From assembly GCA_048882045.1 (NCBI GenBank), contig JBHLRZ010000003.1, positions 96,001-160,000 on the forward strand: a stretch of 64,000 bases of DNA, written 5' to 3'. The notes beneath the pieces are model-generated. The model was not told the origin of the DNA. It was given only the letters and a program-made list of their open reading frames with translations, and did not search any database. Shown here one piece after another: positions 1 to 10,216 of this stretch. This DNA is from Candidatus Thorarchaeota archaeon (GTDB taxonomy: Archaea; Asgardarchaeota; Thorarchaeia; Thorarchaeales; Thorarchaeaceae). The first letter of the stretch is position 1. Each line of letters begins with the position of its first letter. Made by a program: the position numbers and the translations under genes.

Positions 1-194
1 ATTGCCAGTGGTTGCTTGAGGTTCGTTGCTTCATTCTTCTATCTGCTCATCCGTGAGCCTCGAGAGTATTCTTCCACTCTTTGGCTAGAGTTGAGGGCAC
101 TCCGTCCAAGTAGGCGTCATGATGCAGACCTCGTCTAGAATAGACATACTTAAGGAGATGTACACAAAAAGTAGGCTCCGAACCAAAGAGAGGA

Positions 195-554
195 TTGTGT
201 CAGTTGGAAAAGGGACCAAGTTTTGAAGAATCCTGGAAGATTGAAATCAGGAGAGGGATTCTTCAGTATGCGGTTCTTGCAATAGTGAAATTACATGAGG
301 AAGGAATTCATGGATATGGAATAGCTCGAGAACTTGAAGAGAGAACAGATGGACTTCTTCAGGTCAAAGAGGGGACACTCTATCCAATCCTACATCGACT
401 ACGAAAAGAACGACTTCTGAATGTACACACAGAGAAATCCGACTCTGGACCCAGCCGCAAGGTCTACGTTCTTACTGGTGAGGGAGATCGTGTGTATCGA
501 CAGCTGACTGTCATTGTTGATGATATCTTTGAGAAGTTGGAGGCACTCAAATGA
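195..554 (+). CDS. PadR-family transcriptional regulator
   Basis: RRGILQYAVL..HGYGI..L..EGTLYPILHRL..GPSRKVYVLT PadR wHTH signature. Confidence 0.9.
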   Translation: MCQLEKGPSFEESWKIEIRRGILQYAVLAIVKLHEEGIHGYGIARELEERTDGLLQVKEGTLYPILHRLRKERLLNVHTEKSDSGPSRKVYVLTGEGDRVYRQLTVIVDDIFEKLEALK

Positions 555-994
555 AAGATGAAGTTGATAAGATTATTAGAGGATATATCAAGAAGACAGG
601 TAGTCTACTACCGGATGGTTTTGAAACTGAGGATCTGTTAGAGGATCTTAAGACTCATATTGAGCAATCGTATTCAGACAAGCTTTCAAAGAGATTGGGG
701 GAAGATCCTAAACTGCTCATACGAGAAGTTCTTGATGAATTGGGAACACCGGAAGAAATTGCAGAGGAGTACGGGAAGGAGCAGATGCAGGAACCAGATG
801 AAAAGAAAAAGACTGACAAATGGGTTCGCTATGCAATGAGATTGACAGCAACCATTCTAGTGGTCGTTCTTGCATCTTGGGCAGCTTCAACCCTCACTGA
901 GGGAGTTATAGACTTCAATCTAGCAGTCATCACCCTTCTTGCATTGGCTGTTCTTGAATTCTATGTAAGGGCACAACAAACGAAGGATGCATAA
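551..994 (+). CDS. HAAS/DUF1700-like membrane protein, PadR partner
   Basis: EDLLEDLKTHI...LDELGTPEEIAEEY motif plus two C-terminal TM helices; ATGA overlap with padR. Confidence 0.75.
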   Translation: MKDEVDKIIRGYIKKTGSLLPDGFETEDLLEDLKTHIEQSYSDKLSKRLGEDPKLLIREVLDELGTPEEIAEEYGKEQMQEPDEKKKTDKWVRYAMRLTATILVVVLASWAASTLTEGVIDFNLAVITLLALAVLEFYVRAQQTKDA

Positions 995-997
995 ATA

Positions 998-1561
998 ATG
1001 AAGACAGTCTACTTCGAAAAGGCGTCTCGCGAACATACATCAGAAGTACTTTCTCTGGTTAGGGAGTATCTAAATAACAATCCAGATGTTGGGGATGTTG
1101 TCGTTGCAACGACTGAAGGATCTACAGGAATAGTGGCCGCCAAGGAATTTTCAGATATGAATGTAGTCGTTGTTTCACACCAGTCAGGATTTGCTAGGGA
1201 AAATGAGAATGAGCTTAGTGAAAAGAATCGTGCAGAGATTGTGAAGACTGGTGCGAAAGTGCTGACTGCAACTCACGCTTTTGCAGGTGTTGCAAGGAGC
1301 TTTCGAAAAGAGCTTGGAACGTGGATGCCAACAGAGATTGCAGCTGTTGCTTTGAAGACATTCGGTCAAGGGACAAAAGTATGTGCAGAGATAGCCATGA
1401 TGGCTGCAGATGCTGGTCTTATCTCAGTTGATAAGAACGTTGTATGTATTGGAGGTACTGGTCGAGGTGCAGACACTGCCTGGGTGGTCCGCCCTGCAAA
1501 CTCTCATGCATTTCCAAAACTTCGGATGAGAGCATGTATCTGCAAACCATTCGAGTTCTAG
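998..1561 (+). CDS. pyruvate kinase C-terminal alpha/beta domain-only protein (MTH1675/DUF1867-like)
   Basis: [45 protein letters not shown] motifs. Confidence 0.85.
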   Translation: MKTVYFEKASREHTSEVLSLVREYLNNNPDVGDVVVATTEGSTGIVAAKEFSDMNVVVVSHQSGFARENENELSEKNRAEIVKTGAKVLTATHAFAGVARSFRKELGTWMPTEIAAVALKTFGQGTKVCAEIAMMAADAGLISVDKNVVCIGGTGRGADTAWVVRPANSHAFPKLRMRACICKPFEF

Positions 1562-2592
1562 TCAAAGACTTCATCGAATTTCTTCAAAAATTCTTTCTGT
1601 TCTTTGTTGAGCTTCCGTGGAATTTTGATGTTCACTCGTACCAATTGATCACCACTCCGGCCATCTTCTGTGTGAACACCCTTACCCTTCATACGGAACA
1701 GAGTTCCGCTTTCAGTCCCACTCTTCACCTTAACCTTACTATTTCCCCACATTGTGGGTACCTCAACCTCGCCACCCAGAACAGCAATTGAGAATGGGAC
1801 ATCTGTTTCCATATACACATGTAAACCTCTTCTAACAAAGAATTCATGGGGTTTGACTGAAAACATCAAGATGAGGTCTCCATGTGGACCACCCCTCTCA
1901 CCAGCATTCCCTCCACCCTGAATCCGGATTCCCTGTCCGTCTTCGACTCCAGGAGGTATTGGAACCTTTGTTTCCTTTCTTTCGTCAACAATTCCTGACC
2001 CACGACACTCAGGACACGGGGTATCAATTGACTCACCAAGTCCTCTACATGTTGGACAGGTTTGGGCAACACTCATGAACCCACCCATCGATCTGACCAC
2101 TTGTCCTTGCCCTCCACAAGTTCTGCAGCGAACTGGTTGTGTACCTGGTTTCGCACCGCTTCCATTGCAGTTGGAACACTGGACCTTCCTTCGAAAAGCA
2201 ATCTCTTTCTCAGTACCAGAGAACGCCTCCTCAAAGGTCAGATTGATGGTCATACGCAGAGTCTGGCCAGAAGGAGGCCCAGCTCGACCTCTCTGACCAA
2301 AACCTCCAAACCCTCCAAATCCTCTGAAGATAGAACTGAATATGTCTCCGAACCCATCCATGTTTATACCCTGAAAATCTGCAGTCCCATAGCGATCGTA
2401 ATTGGCTCTTTTTTCAGGATCGCCAAGGACATCATAAGCCTCATTCACTCTTTTTAGTTTCTCTTGGGCGCTTGGATCGGGATTACGATCTGGGTGATAC
2501 TCCTTTGCCAATCTTCGATAAGCCTTCTTAATATCGTCCTGCGTAGCGCTGCGACCTACACCGAGTAGTTCATAGTAGTCGTCTTCAGCCAC
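1558..2592 (-). CDS. dnaJ: chaperone DnaJ (class A)
   Basis: J-domain with HPD, G/F-rich linker, four CxxCxGxG repeats. Confidence 0.97.
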   Translation of the reverse strand: MAEDDYYELLGVGRSATQDDIKKAYRRLAKEYHPDRNPDPSAQEKLKRVNEAYDVLGDPEKRANYDRYGTADFQGINMDGFGDIFSSIFRGFGGFGGFGQRGRAGPPSGQTLRMTINLTFEEAFSGTEKEIAFRRKVQCSNCNGSGAKPGTQPVRCRTCGGQGQVVRSMGGFMSVAQTCPTCRGLGESIDTPCPECRGSGIVDERKETKVPIPPGVEDGQGIRIQGGGNAGERGGPHGDLILMFSVKPHEFFVRRGLHVYMETDVPFSIAVLGGEVEVPTMWGNSKVKVKSGTESGTLFRMKGKGVHTEDGRSGDQLVRVNIKIPRKLNKEQKEFLKKFDEVFD

Positions 2593-2612
2593 AGAGTATC
2601 ACCCATCGTTGA

Positions 2613-4496
2613 TTATTCTAGATCTTCGAAATCTACGTCAACGACATCTTCTTCGTCTTCTCCAGAAGATGCTGAAGTTTGACCGGTAGGACCAGCTCCC
2701 ATCTGACTAGTATCAAAACCAGCTGCACCGGGTCCAGCTGTCCCAGGTCCAGCCGCACCATAGACCTTCTCTGAAATCTTGTATATGATTTGCTGAAGTT
2801 CTTCTGTACCAGATTTCATCTTCTCATAGTCTTCATTCTCTACGGCCTTGGTCAGTTCTTGGGCCTTCGAGGTGAATTCGGTCCTCAGATCAGCTGGCAC
2901 TTTGTCACCAAGATCCTTCAGTAGTTTCTCACCTTGATGGATCATTTGGTCAGCCATATTTTTAGTTTCTACTTGGTCTTTCCACTTTGCATCCTCTTCA
3001 GCATATTTTTCTGCATCTTTGACCATTCTATTTATGTCATCGTCAGAGAGATTCGTACTTGCAGTAATTGTGATTGATTGTTCATTACCAGTGGCTAGAT
3101 CCTTGGCTTTTACATTGACAATGCCATTTGCATCGATATCGAATGTGACCTCAATCTGTGGTGTACCCCTCGGTGCGGGAGGAATTCCGATGAGCTGAAA
3201 CTTCCCCAGCGTCATATTCTGGGAGGCCATTGGCCGTTCTCCCTGAACAACATGAATATCAACAGCTGTCTGACCATCAGCAGCAGTTGAGAAAATCTTG
3301 CTCTTTCTGGTCGGGACTGTTGTATTCCTTTCAATCAGTGGAGTTGATACTCCACCTAAAGTTTCAATACCAAGTGTCAGAGGTGTGACATCTAGAAGCA
3401 GGATGTCCTTCACATCTCCAGAAAGTACACCAGCCTGAGCTGCAGCTCCAAGTGCAACACATTCATCTGGATTGATGCTCTTGTCTCCCTCTTTTCCGAA
3501 CAGGTCACGAATGATTTGTTGGATCATTGGCATCCGAGTAGCCCCTCCAACGAGCAGGATCTTGTTAATCTGCTCAGGTTCCAACTTGGCATCACTCAAT
3601 GCCTGTCGAATAGGTCCGACTGTTGCATCAACCAGATCATCAGTCATCTTTTCAAATGTCGAACGGTTCAGGTCGATGTTGAGATGCTTTGGACCACTCT
3701 GGTCAGCTGTGACATAGGGCAGGTTAATGTTTGTCTGCATGACTGTGGAGAGCTCGATCTTTGCCTGTTCTGCAGCATCTCGAACTCGTTGCATAGCAGA
3801 AAGGTCCGTTTTCAAATCCACTCCAGTTTGATTCTTAAACTCCTCAACCATCCAGTCAATGACTCGGTTGTCCCAATCGTCACCGCCGAGCTGTGTGTTT
3901 CCACTCGTTGAGAGGACTTCATAAACGGTCTCATTATCGACTGCCCCAATGTCTAAGATAGATACATCAAAAGTCCCTCCACCCAAGTCATATACCAGAA
4001 CTTTCACTTCCTTGCCCTTGTCCAATCCATACGCAAGTGCGGAGGCGGTGGGTTCGTTCACAATTCGTTCAACTTCAAATCCAGCTATTCTTCCAGCATC
4101 ACGGGTAGCTTGCCTCTGACTGTCATTGAAGTAAGCGGGTACTGTAATAACCGCCTTTTCAATAGATTCACCCAAGAATGCTTCTGCATCCTTCTTCATC
4201 TTTGTCAGGATCATTGCAGAGATCTCCTGAGGCGTGTATTCTTTTTCACCTATCTTGACCTTGTAGTCCTGCCCCATCTTTCTCTTAATTGATCGGACTG
4301 TACGCTCAGGCATCGATACTGCTTGACGTTTTGCAAGCTCACCCACGACTATCTCACCCTTCGGTGTGATTCCAACGACTGAAGGAGTCAGACGCTTCCC
4401 TTCAGCGTTTGTAATAATGGTGGGTTTCCCGCCTTCCATATAGGCGATACCGCTGTTTGTTGTACCCAAATCAATTCCAACTATCTTACTTGTCAT
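2613..4496 (-). CDS. dnaK: chaperone DnaK/Hsp70
   Basis: [33 protein letters not shown], acidic tail VVDVDFED. Confidence 0.99.
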   Translation of the reverse strand: MTSKIVGIDLGTTNSGIAYMEGGKPTIITNAEGKRLTPSVVGITPKGEIVVGELAKRQAVSMPERTVRSIKRKMGQDYKVKIGEKEYTPQEISAMILTKMKKDAEAFLGESIEKAVITVPAYFNDSQRQATRDAGRIAGFEVERIVNEPTASALAYGLDKGKEVKVLVYDLGGGTFDVSILDIGAVDNETVYEVLSTSGNTQLGGDDWDNRVIDWMVEEFKNQTGVDLKTDLSAMQRVRDAAEQAKIELSTVMQTNINLPYVTADQSGPKHLNIDLNRSTFEKMTDDLVDATVGPIRQALSDAKLEPEQINKILLVGGATRMPMIQQIIRDLFGKEGDKSINPDECVALGAAAQAGVLSGDVKDILLLDVTPLTLGIETLGGVSTPLIERNTTVPTRKSKIFSTAADGQTAVDIHVVQGERPMASQNMTLGKFQLIGIPPAPRGTPQIEVTFDIDANGIVNVKAKDLATGNEQSITITASTNLSDDDINRMVKDAEKYAEEDAKWKDQVETKNMADQMIHQGEKLLKDLGDKVPADLRTEFTSKAQELTKAVENEDYEKMKSGTEELQQIIYKISEKVYGAAGPGTAGPGAAGFDTSQMGAGPTGQTSASSGEDEEDVVDVDFEDLE

Positions 4497-4498
4497 CG

Positions 4499-5146
4499 TT
4501 AATCACCATTGGTTTCCGAATTGTTATCATCGTCATCACTACTCTTTTCGACAGGGACTTCTATTCGGTTCACACAGACCATTGCAGGTCGCAGAACTTT
4601 CTCTTTGAGCATGTAGCCCCTCTGATACTCTTCAAGAATTAATCCGTCAGGCTTGTCCGGGTCGTTTGTCTTTTGAACCGCATGTTGATAGTAGGGATCA
4701 AATTGTTGACCTAGCGACTCGATTGGACGCACACCTTCTTTGGAAAGAATTGTATCTAGTTGTTTTTGAATCGCCGCAACTCCAGCTTTGGCTTCATTTG
4801 GATCCTTCTTGAAGTCCACTTGGAGTGCACGATGAATGTTATCATAAACATCCAAAACCTTCAGGATGATGTCCTCACTTGCGAATTGTGCAGCTTCTGA
4901 GAATCTGTACTCCATCCGTTTTCTATAGTTATCAAACTCAGCCTGCAATCGTTGAAGTCTATCAAACAAGTCCTTGGACTTCTCGCTCTCATCTTTGACC
5001 TGTTCAAGGAGAGGGTCTTCAGGTACTATCTCGAAGACTTCCTCAGGTTCATTGAGACCTTCATCTGACAGGTCTAACTCGAAATCCTGATCTTTTTCGC
5101 CTTCATCGTGCATTTCAAGTCCACGCTGCCTAATCGTAGTAGACAC
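4499..5146 (-). CDS. grpE: nucleotide exchange factor GrpE
   Basis: [34 protein letters not shown]; upstream of dnaK; start may be ATG at 5113. Confidence 0.96.
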   Translation of the reverse strand: MSTTIRQRGLEMHDEGEKDQDFELDLSDEGLNEPEEVFEIVPEDPLLEQVKDESEKSKDLFDRLQRLQAEFDNYRKRMEYRFSEAAQFASEDIILKVLDVYDNIHRALQVDFKKDPNEAKAGVAAIQKQLDTILSKEGVRPIESLGQQFDPYYQHAVQKTNDPDKPDGLILEEYQRGYMLKEKVLRPAMVCVNRIEVPVEKSSDDDDNNSETNGD

Positions 5147-5313
5147 TGACTGACAATCTGTACAGAAAGGGGTCGTATATTGGGTTGCTGATTAATCCAC
5201 AGCTGCCCTCGGTGACTCGGGCCAATCCTTTGTTAAACAAATAAAACCTTTTCGACATAGGTCCTTTTGAAGACCGAAAACAAAATCAAGGGCAATGAAG
5301 GTGTTGAGTTGAA

Positions 5314-6057
5314 ATGTCGAACAAGGATGAGATTGAAAGAGCCAGAAAATTGGTTGCCAGGAGTAACAAGATTATAGCTCTTACAGGAGCGGGAATTAGT
5401 GTTGATTCCGGGATTCCAGATTTCCGATCCGAAGGAGGTCTCTGGCAGCGCTACGATCCCCACGAGTATGCAACAATAGAGAGCTTCAACAAGAATCCAA
5501 CTAAATTTTGGACCATGGGTCGAGAGTTGGCTGAAACAATTCTTCAGGCAAAACCAAACAGTGCTCACAATGGACTCACAAAACTTGAAACTGCTAAGAA
5601 GCTTATTGGCATCATCACCCAGAACATCGATAACCTACATCAGACAGCAGGTAGTAAGAGGATAGTTGAGTTACGTGGGAACTACCTCCGTGCTCACTGT
5701 ACTCAGTGTGGGAAGGAATATGTTGGAGAAGAAGTACATCAACGTGTAGTCAATGGAGAGATACCACCAAAGTGTGACGCATGTCATGGAATCTTGAAAT
5801 CCGAGGCAGTACTTTTTGGAGAACCTCTACCTGAAAAGGCGATGGAAGAAGCAATTGCCCTTTGCCGCGAAGCTGACCTCATGTTGGTAATCGGTTCCAG
5901 TCTGACGATCTATCCAGCTGCATTTCTTCCTCAATTGGCAAAGAATGCGGGAGCCAAGATTATTCTCATTAATCTTGAAGGGATAAACAGAAACAATGTT
6001 GCAGACATAGTCATCAAGGGTCGTGCTACCGAGGTTATTCCTAAAATAGTGGATTAA
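5314..6057 (+). CDS. cobB: Sir2-family NAD-dependent deacylase (catalytic His replaced by Arg)
   Basis: GAGISVDSGIPDFRS, TQNIDNLH, CxxC..CxxC zinc site, GSSL.IYPAA; reads ELRGN where ELHG is expected. Confidence 0.9.
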   Translation: MSNKDEIERARKLVARSNKIIALTGAGISVDSGIPDFRSEGGLWQRYDPHEYATIESFNKNPTKFWTMGRELAETILQAKPNSAHNGLTKLETAKKLIGIITQNIDNLHQTAGSKRIVELRGNYLRAHCTQCGKEYVGEEVHQRVVNGEIPPKCDACHGILKSEAVLFGEPLPEKAMEEAIALCREADLMLVIGSSLTIYPAAFLPQLAKNAGAKIILINLEGINRNNVADIVIKGRATEVIPKIVD

Positions 6058-6386
6058 GTGACAAGGGGAAAGGCAAACCAGGAATAGACAGCCAGCCCTC
6101 CTGGAATGAGAATGACTGATATCAATATTGTGATGACTCCCAACAGGTACAAATTGTTATCCATCATCCATAGACCAAGATAGGAGAAGGAGTAAGATAC
6201 AACACAGGCTGTGAAACCCAAGACAATCACAGGTGCAAGAGGGAATGCTATGGAGAGGAATCCTCCTGCCTGGGTCCAAAGAAGCCCAATGTTTAGGACC
6301 ACAAAGAATCCTCTAACAGCTAAATATACAATGATGGATATGAAGATTCCAATCTGTGAGAATGTCAAGCGTGCTGATAGACTCAT
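6054..6386 (-). CDS. hypothetical membrane protein
   Basis: 110-aa hydrophobic ORF with about 3 TM segments, filling the gap between genes. Confidence 0.6.
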   Translation of the reverse strand: MSLSARLTFSQIGIFISIIVYLAVRGFFVVLNIGLLWTQAGGFLSIAFPLAPVIVLGFTACVVSYSFSYLGLWMMDNNLYLLGVITILISVILIPGGLAVYSWFAFPLVT

Positions 6387-6481
6387 ATCTAATTCGTCAG
6401 ATTTTAGGTGTGAGGGGCTTTTTACGCTTTCTGAGCTGACTACTGCAAATGTCTTAAGTAGGTTGTACTCCGGGGGGAATC

Positions 6482-7447
6482 GTGAAGGACATCACCTGGA
6501 CACTCTCCAGCATTGGTCAGCTATCCATTTTACTTGAGGCAAGTTCGCCAAAACCAGGGAATGTAAACAGACAGATGGGATTCTCAGACACAGACTATCG
6601 ACACTTTCTCGCTAGTGCCTCACTCATGGCGAGGAGCTTGCATCTCAGTGCAGAAAGAGGAATCGCGTTAGTGAAAGGAGAGATTCAGCCTTCTGAAGTC
6701 TGTCTGGGTGAATTGATCCTCCAGAGTGCCCAGGACACCTTCACTGGGATAAACAAACGCAATACAATTCTTGGGACAATTCTACTATATGTTCCTCTCG
6801 TGGTTGCATGTGCAGCAGCAATCAAACAGGATGGCTCATTTACGAGCCAACGAGTTGCTGAGTGGTTGAAAGTAATTGTTCAGAACACCACAGTGGAAGA
6901 CACTATCAATCTGTATAGAGCATTTCATCTGGCAAGGTCAACGAGTCCAAGGCATAACGAATCGACTAGTTGGACAGATGCGCACAGTCGGTATGACATT
7001 GACAACGAGAATATCTTCGAGAATATCAAGAGTGACTCACTGACACTCCAAGCACTCTTCGAGATGTCCTCGGAAGTGGATGAGATAAGCAATGAATGGG
7101 CACATCAGTTCAGTCTAACATTGACGAAGGTCTTCCCCTACCTTGATAGCGTCACTGAGAACCTTGAAGACTTGGAGGAAGGAATTGTCCAAACCTTCAT
7201 CTGGCTTTTGTCACTGAGGCCTGATGGCCTCATAACCAAAAAGGCTGGCGAACAACGTGCAGAGGAGGTCAGGGCACTCGCTGAGAAGATTATGAGTGCG
7301 TGGAATCATTCATCTGGCCCTGTGGAAGTGATGTTCCAATTGGATATTGAACTTCGAAGAGAAGGGAATCTTTTGAATCCTGGAACAACCGCTGATCTCG
7401 TGTCAACAGCCATTCTTTGTAAGCTAGTGGCTCTAGAGTTTCCGTAG
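6482..7447 (+). CDS. citG: CitG-family triphosphoribosyl-dephospho-CoA synthase homologue (archaeal type)
   Basis: LLEASSPKPGNVNR and NPGTTADL motifs. Confidence 0.85.
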   Translation: MKDITWTLSSIGQLSILLEASSPKPGNVNRQMGFSDTDYRHFLASASLMARSLHLSAERGIALVKGEIQPSEVCLGELILQSAQDTFTGINKRNTILGTILLYVPLVVACAAAIKQDGSFTSQRVAEWLKVIVQNTTVEDTINLYRAFHLARSTSPRHNESTSWTDAHSRYDIDNENIFENIKSDSLTLQALFEMSSEVDEISNEWAHQFSLTLTKVFPYLDSVTENLEDLEEGIVQTFIWLLSLRPDGLITKKAGEQRAEEVRALAEKIMSAWNHSSGPVEVMFQLDIELRREGNLLNPGTTADLVSTAILCKLVALEFP

Positions 7448-7448
7448 T

Positions 7449-7634
7449 TCAACCAATTATCCCACTGTAGACAATGATTGCCAGTATAAAGAGAAGGGCT
7501 GCTGAAGGAACAAGCATCACCTTTCCTTCTTTTCGCTTCACGAGCCGGACCTCCTTATTGGGACCCAGATAATACCCGAGAAGTAATAACACACCTAGAA
7601 CAACCATGAACAGAGCAAGTCCTTCGTGCGCCAT
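7449..7634 (-). CDS. small two-TM membrane protein
   Basis: MAHEGLALF... two hydrophobic helices separated by a basic loop; start inferred at ATG 7634. Confidence 0.6.
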   Translation of the reverse strand: MAHEGLALFMVVLGVLLLLGYYLGPNKEVRLVKRKEGKVMLVPSAALLFILAIIVYSGIIG

Positions 7635-7700
7635 CTTCCTTCTCTTAGAATTGAAAATTAATCTTGTTATTAACATAATCCTCTTGCACTATAAGCATCA

Positions 7701-7745
7701 TCAAAAATAGGAGGAGGCGCTCAGAACCACACAGTGGCTACGAGC
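7701..7745 (-). terminator. putative terminator (imperfect hairpin plus TCCTATTTTTGA)
   Basis: downstream of 7764..8045; same 12-mer as at 10148-10159. Confidence 0.5.
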
Positions 7746-7763
7746 TTGGGTGACACCTGTGGA

Positions 7764-8045
7764 TTATACGAGAACCTGTCTGAAGACGTGTTCGAATTTT
7801 ACACGAAGCTCCTTCGCACGTTCCATATCAGCAGCGTATAGTGGTTGTCGCATATCAGTGAGATTAGGAATTTTCTTGCACAACTTTTGACCCATTAGTT
7901 TCCGCAGAGCGAAGCTGACAGTTCGAGGTGCTAGGTCCACTCTACTGCTGATTGCTTTGGGCGTCATTGGACCTTCAGAAGTTAAGCGGTCCAGAACGAT
8001 TATTGCACTACGCGGTAGTTCTATGGACATGTTGTTCTCTACCAT
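7764..8045 (-). CDS. MarR/wHTH-type transcriptional regulator (paralogue 1)
   Basis: LPRSAIIVL..L..EGPMTPKAI..VDLAPRTVSFALRKL..PNLTDMRQ. Confidence 0.8.
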   Translation of the reverse strand: MVENNMSIELPRSAIIVLDRLTSEGPMTPKAISSRVDLAPRTVSFALRKLMGQKLCKKIPNLTDMRQPLYAADMERAKELRVKFEHVFRQVLV

Positions 8046-8161
8046 CCCATAAATGGTCGGGTCTTTCTGTTCCCGTTTTTTAATACTCTTATTCCAATAT
8101 AAGAGATAAGGTCACAGCAGTTCAATACATTTTCGAGTATTTACTTAAAAATGAGGAGCAT

Positions 8162-8464
8162 TTAACGATTGAACGAACTCGAAGGTTGACGCGCAGAAGG
8201 ATCGAAGAATGATGACTGCCCTTTGTTGAAAAGCATCCGAAGCTCCCTAACCTTATCCATATTGACATGGTAGATTGGTTGACGCATGTCAGCAAAGTTT
8301 GGAGTCTTCGTAATGATCTGCTCTCTGACAAGAGTCCTGAGCGCAAAGGAAATGGTTCGAGGTGCTAGATCGACTTTTTCAATCAGGGTCTTTGGAGTCA
8401 TTGGCCCCTCAGAGGTGAGACTGTTAAGTATTATCAATGCACTGTTTGGCAGTTCAATCGTCAT
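8162..8464 (-). CDS. MarR/wHTH-type transcriptional regulator (paralogue 2)
   Basis: LPNSALIIL..EGPMTPK..VDLAPRTISFALRTL..PNFADMRQ; tandem duplicate of 7764..8045. Confidence 0.8.
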   Translation of the reverse strand: MTIELPNSALIILNSLTSEGPMTPKTLIEKVDLAPRTISFALRTLVREQIITKTPNFADMRQPIYHVNMDKVRELRMLFNKGQSSFFDPSARQPSSSFNR

Positions 8465-8557
8465 CCTAGCACACAATCCGCATACCGAATATCATTTCTT
8501 CAATATAAGGTGTGGTTTCAAAGCATAAATAACTCTGGACATGGATTCAAGATGATT

Positions 8558-9532
8558 ATGGCCAACCGAGTATTCGTCACAAGGAAAATCCCAGAAGAGG
8601 GACTTGATTTAATCTCAAAGATGTATGAGGTTGATGTGTGGACAAATGAAATTCCTCCGACGACTGATGAAATCGCTTCACGTGCATCAGACTGTGTAGG
8701 GGTCATTTCATTGCTTTCAGACAGAATTGATACTGATCTTCTGGCCAGACTACCAAACCTAAAGGTCATAGCACAATATGCGGTTGGATATGATAACATC
8801 AATGTCAAGGAAGCCACACAACGTGGGATTGTTGTTACAAACACTCCTGGTGTACTCACGGAAACAACTGCAGATTTGACTTGGGCATTGATTATGGCCG
8901 CCTCACGTAGACTAGTGGAGGCTGACAAATTTGTGAGAGAAAAGAAGTGGGATGTTGCTTGGGGACCTCAATTCCTCCTTGGATCTGATGTTTATGGTGC
9001 GACATTAGGCATTATAGGACTCGGGAGAATTGGTGAGGCAGTTGCACGACGTGCTTTGGGTTTCAACATGAGAATCCTTTACTTCTCTAGGAAGAGGAAC
9101 GAAGGTCTCGAGAGCGAGTTAGGAGCAATGTATGTAGATCTCCAGACCCTTCTTAGAGAATCAAACATCGTAACACTTCATGTTCCTCTAACAACTGAAA
9201 CGACACACCTGATAGGAGAGGAAGAGTTTAAGCTCATGAAGGAAGATTCTGTCCTAGTGAATACATCGAGAGGGAACGTGGTGGATGAGGATGCCCTCTA
9301 CGATGCACTCAGTACTGGCAAGATTGGAAGTGCTGGACTTGACGTGTTTAGAGAGGAACCAATTCCAAAGGATAGTCCACTGCTCAGATTGGACAACGTT
9401 GTCATTTTACCGCATATTGGTAGTGCAAGTATCAGGACTCGAGTAACAATGTCACGGATGTGCGCAGAGAACCTAATTGCCGCATTGGAGGGGGACCGAC
9501 CGCCCAACATCATTAATCCGGGGGTATTATGA
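8558..9532 (+). CDS. gyaR: glyoxylate reductase / D-2-hydroxyacid dehydrogenase
   Basis: VFVTRKIP, AVGYDNI, NTPGVLTETTADL, GLGRIG, NTSRG, LDVF..EP, PHIGSA. Confidence 0.92.
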   Translation: MANRVFVTRKIPEEGLDLISKMYEVDVWTNEIPPTTDEIASRASDCVGVISLLSDRIDTDLLARLPNLKVIAQYAVGYDNINVKEATQRGIVVTNTPGVLTETTADLTWALIMAASRRLVEADKFVREKKWDVAWGPQFLLGSDVYGATLGIIGLGRIGEAVARRALGFNMRILYFSRKRNEGLESELGAMYVDLQTLLRESNIVTLHVPLTTETTHLIGEEEFKLMKEDSVLVNTSRGNVVDEDALYDALSTGKIGSAGLDVFREEPIPKDSPLLRLDNVVILPHIGSASIRTRVTMSRMCAENLIAALEGDRPPNIINPGVL

Positions 9533-10066
9533 TTGAACAGAGAATGTATTGATAGAATAATTTCAAGACAGTCGATAAGAAAATTCACACGTGAACCAAT
9601 TCCTAAATCCACAATCGATGACATTGCAAACATAGGGAGGACAGCTCCTAGTGGAGGAAACCGTCAGCCTTGGAGACTTGTCATTGTGACGAGAAACGAC
9701 CTGAAGAACCAACTGGCTACTGCAGCACTAAATCAGAAGTTTATTGCTGCTGCACCGGTTGTGTATGTAATATGCGCTGTTCCAGAGGAATCTGCTGAGA
9801 GATATGGAAAGAGAGGACGCAAGCTTTACACTCTTCAAGACACAGCTGCAATGACATTGAACATTCTCTATGGTGCGCATCTTCATGGCTATGGTGCATG
9901 TTGGGTTGGAGCCTTTGAAGAGGAGGAAGTTACGCAGGTCCTCAATATCCCCTCAGACATGCGTCCTGTAGCAATGGTTCCAGTGGGTAGAATCGACGGA
10001 AATCTCCCAACTTTAAGGGGTCGTAAAAGCCTCTCCGAAATCGTCGTGAGGGAACGGTTCGAATAA
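9533..10066 (+). CDS. nitroreductase family protein
   Basis: RQSIRKF, APSGGNRQPW, QDTAA, GYGACWVGAF. Confidence 0.92.
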   Translation: MNRECIDRIISRQSIRKFTREPIPKSTIDDIANIGRTAPSGGNRQPWRLVIVTRNDLKNQLATAALNQKFIAAAPVVYVICAVPEESAERYGKRGRKLYTLQDTAAMTLNILYGAHLHGYGACWVGAFEEEEVTQVLNIPSDMRPVAMVPVGRIDGNLPTLRGRKSLSEIVVRERFE

Positions 10067-10147
10067 GTCAAAGATTCATTCCAGATTATGCTTCACATTA
10101 TAAAACGCGGAATAAAGGTGCCCAGATTGCACTAGAGTTCCTATATT

Positions 10148-10183
10148 TCAAAAATAGGAAGGGATGGAGGCCGAAGCCTCCAT
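10148..10183 (-). terminator. hairpin terminator of the large S8 gene
   Basis: minus strand ATGGAGGC-TTCG-GCCTCCAT, a perfect 8-bp stem with UUCG loop, followed by CCCTTCCTATTTTTGA. Confidence 0.7.
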
Positions 10184-10216
10184 TTTCCGTTAAACTATAG
10201 CAACAACTCTATTGCT

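Noticed and set aside
1-194. Partial gene or stop-codon readthrough ORF at the window start
   Set aside because: All minus-strand frames are interrupted by stops, and there is not enough context.
5147-5313. CIRCE or heat-shock operator upstream of grpE
   Set aside because: No TTAGCACTC-N9-GAGTGCTAA; only weak imperfect inverted repeats.
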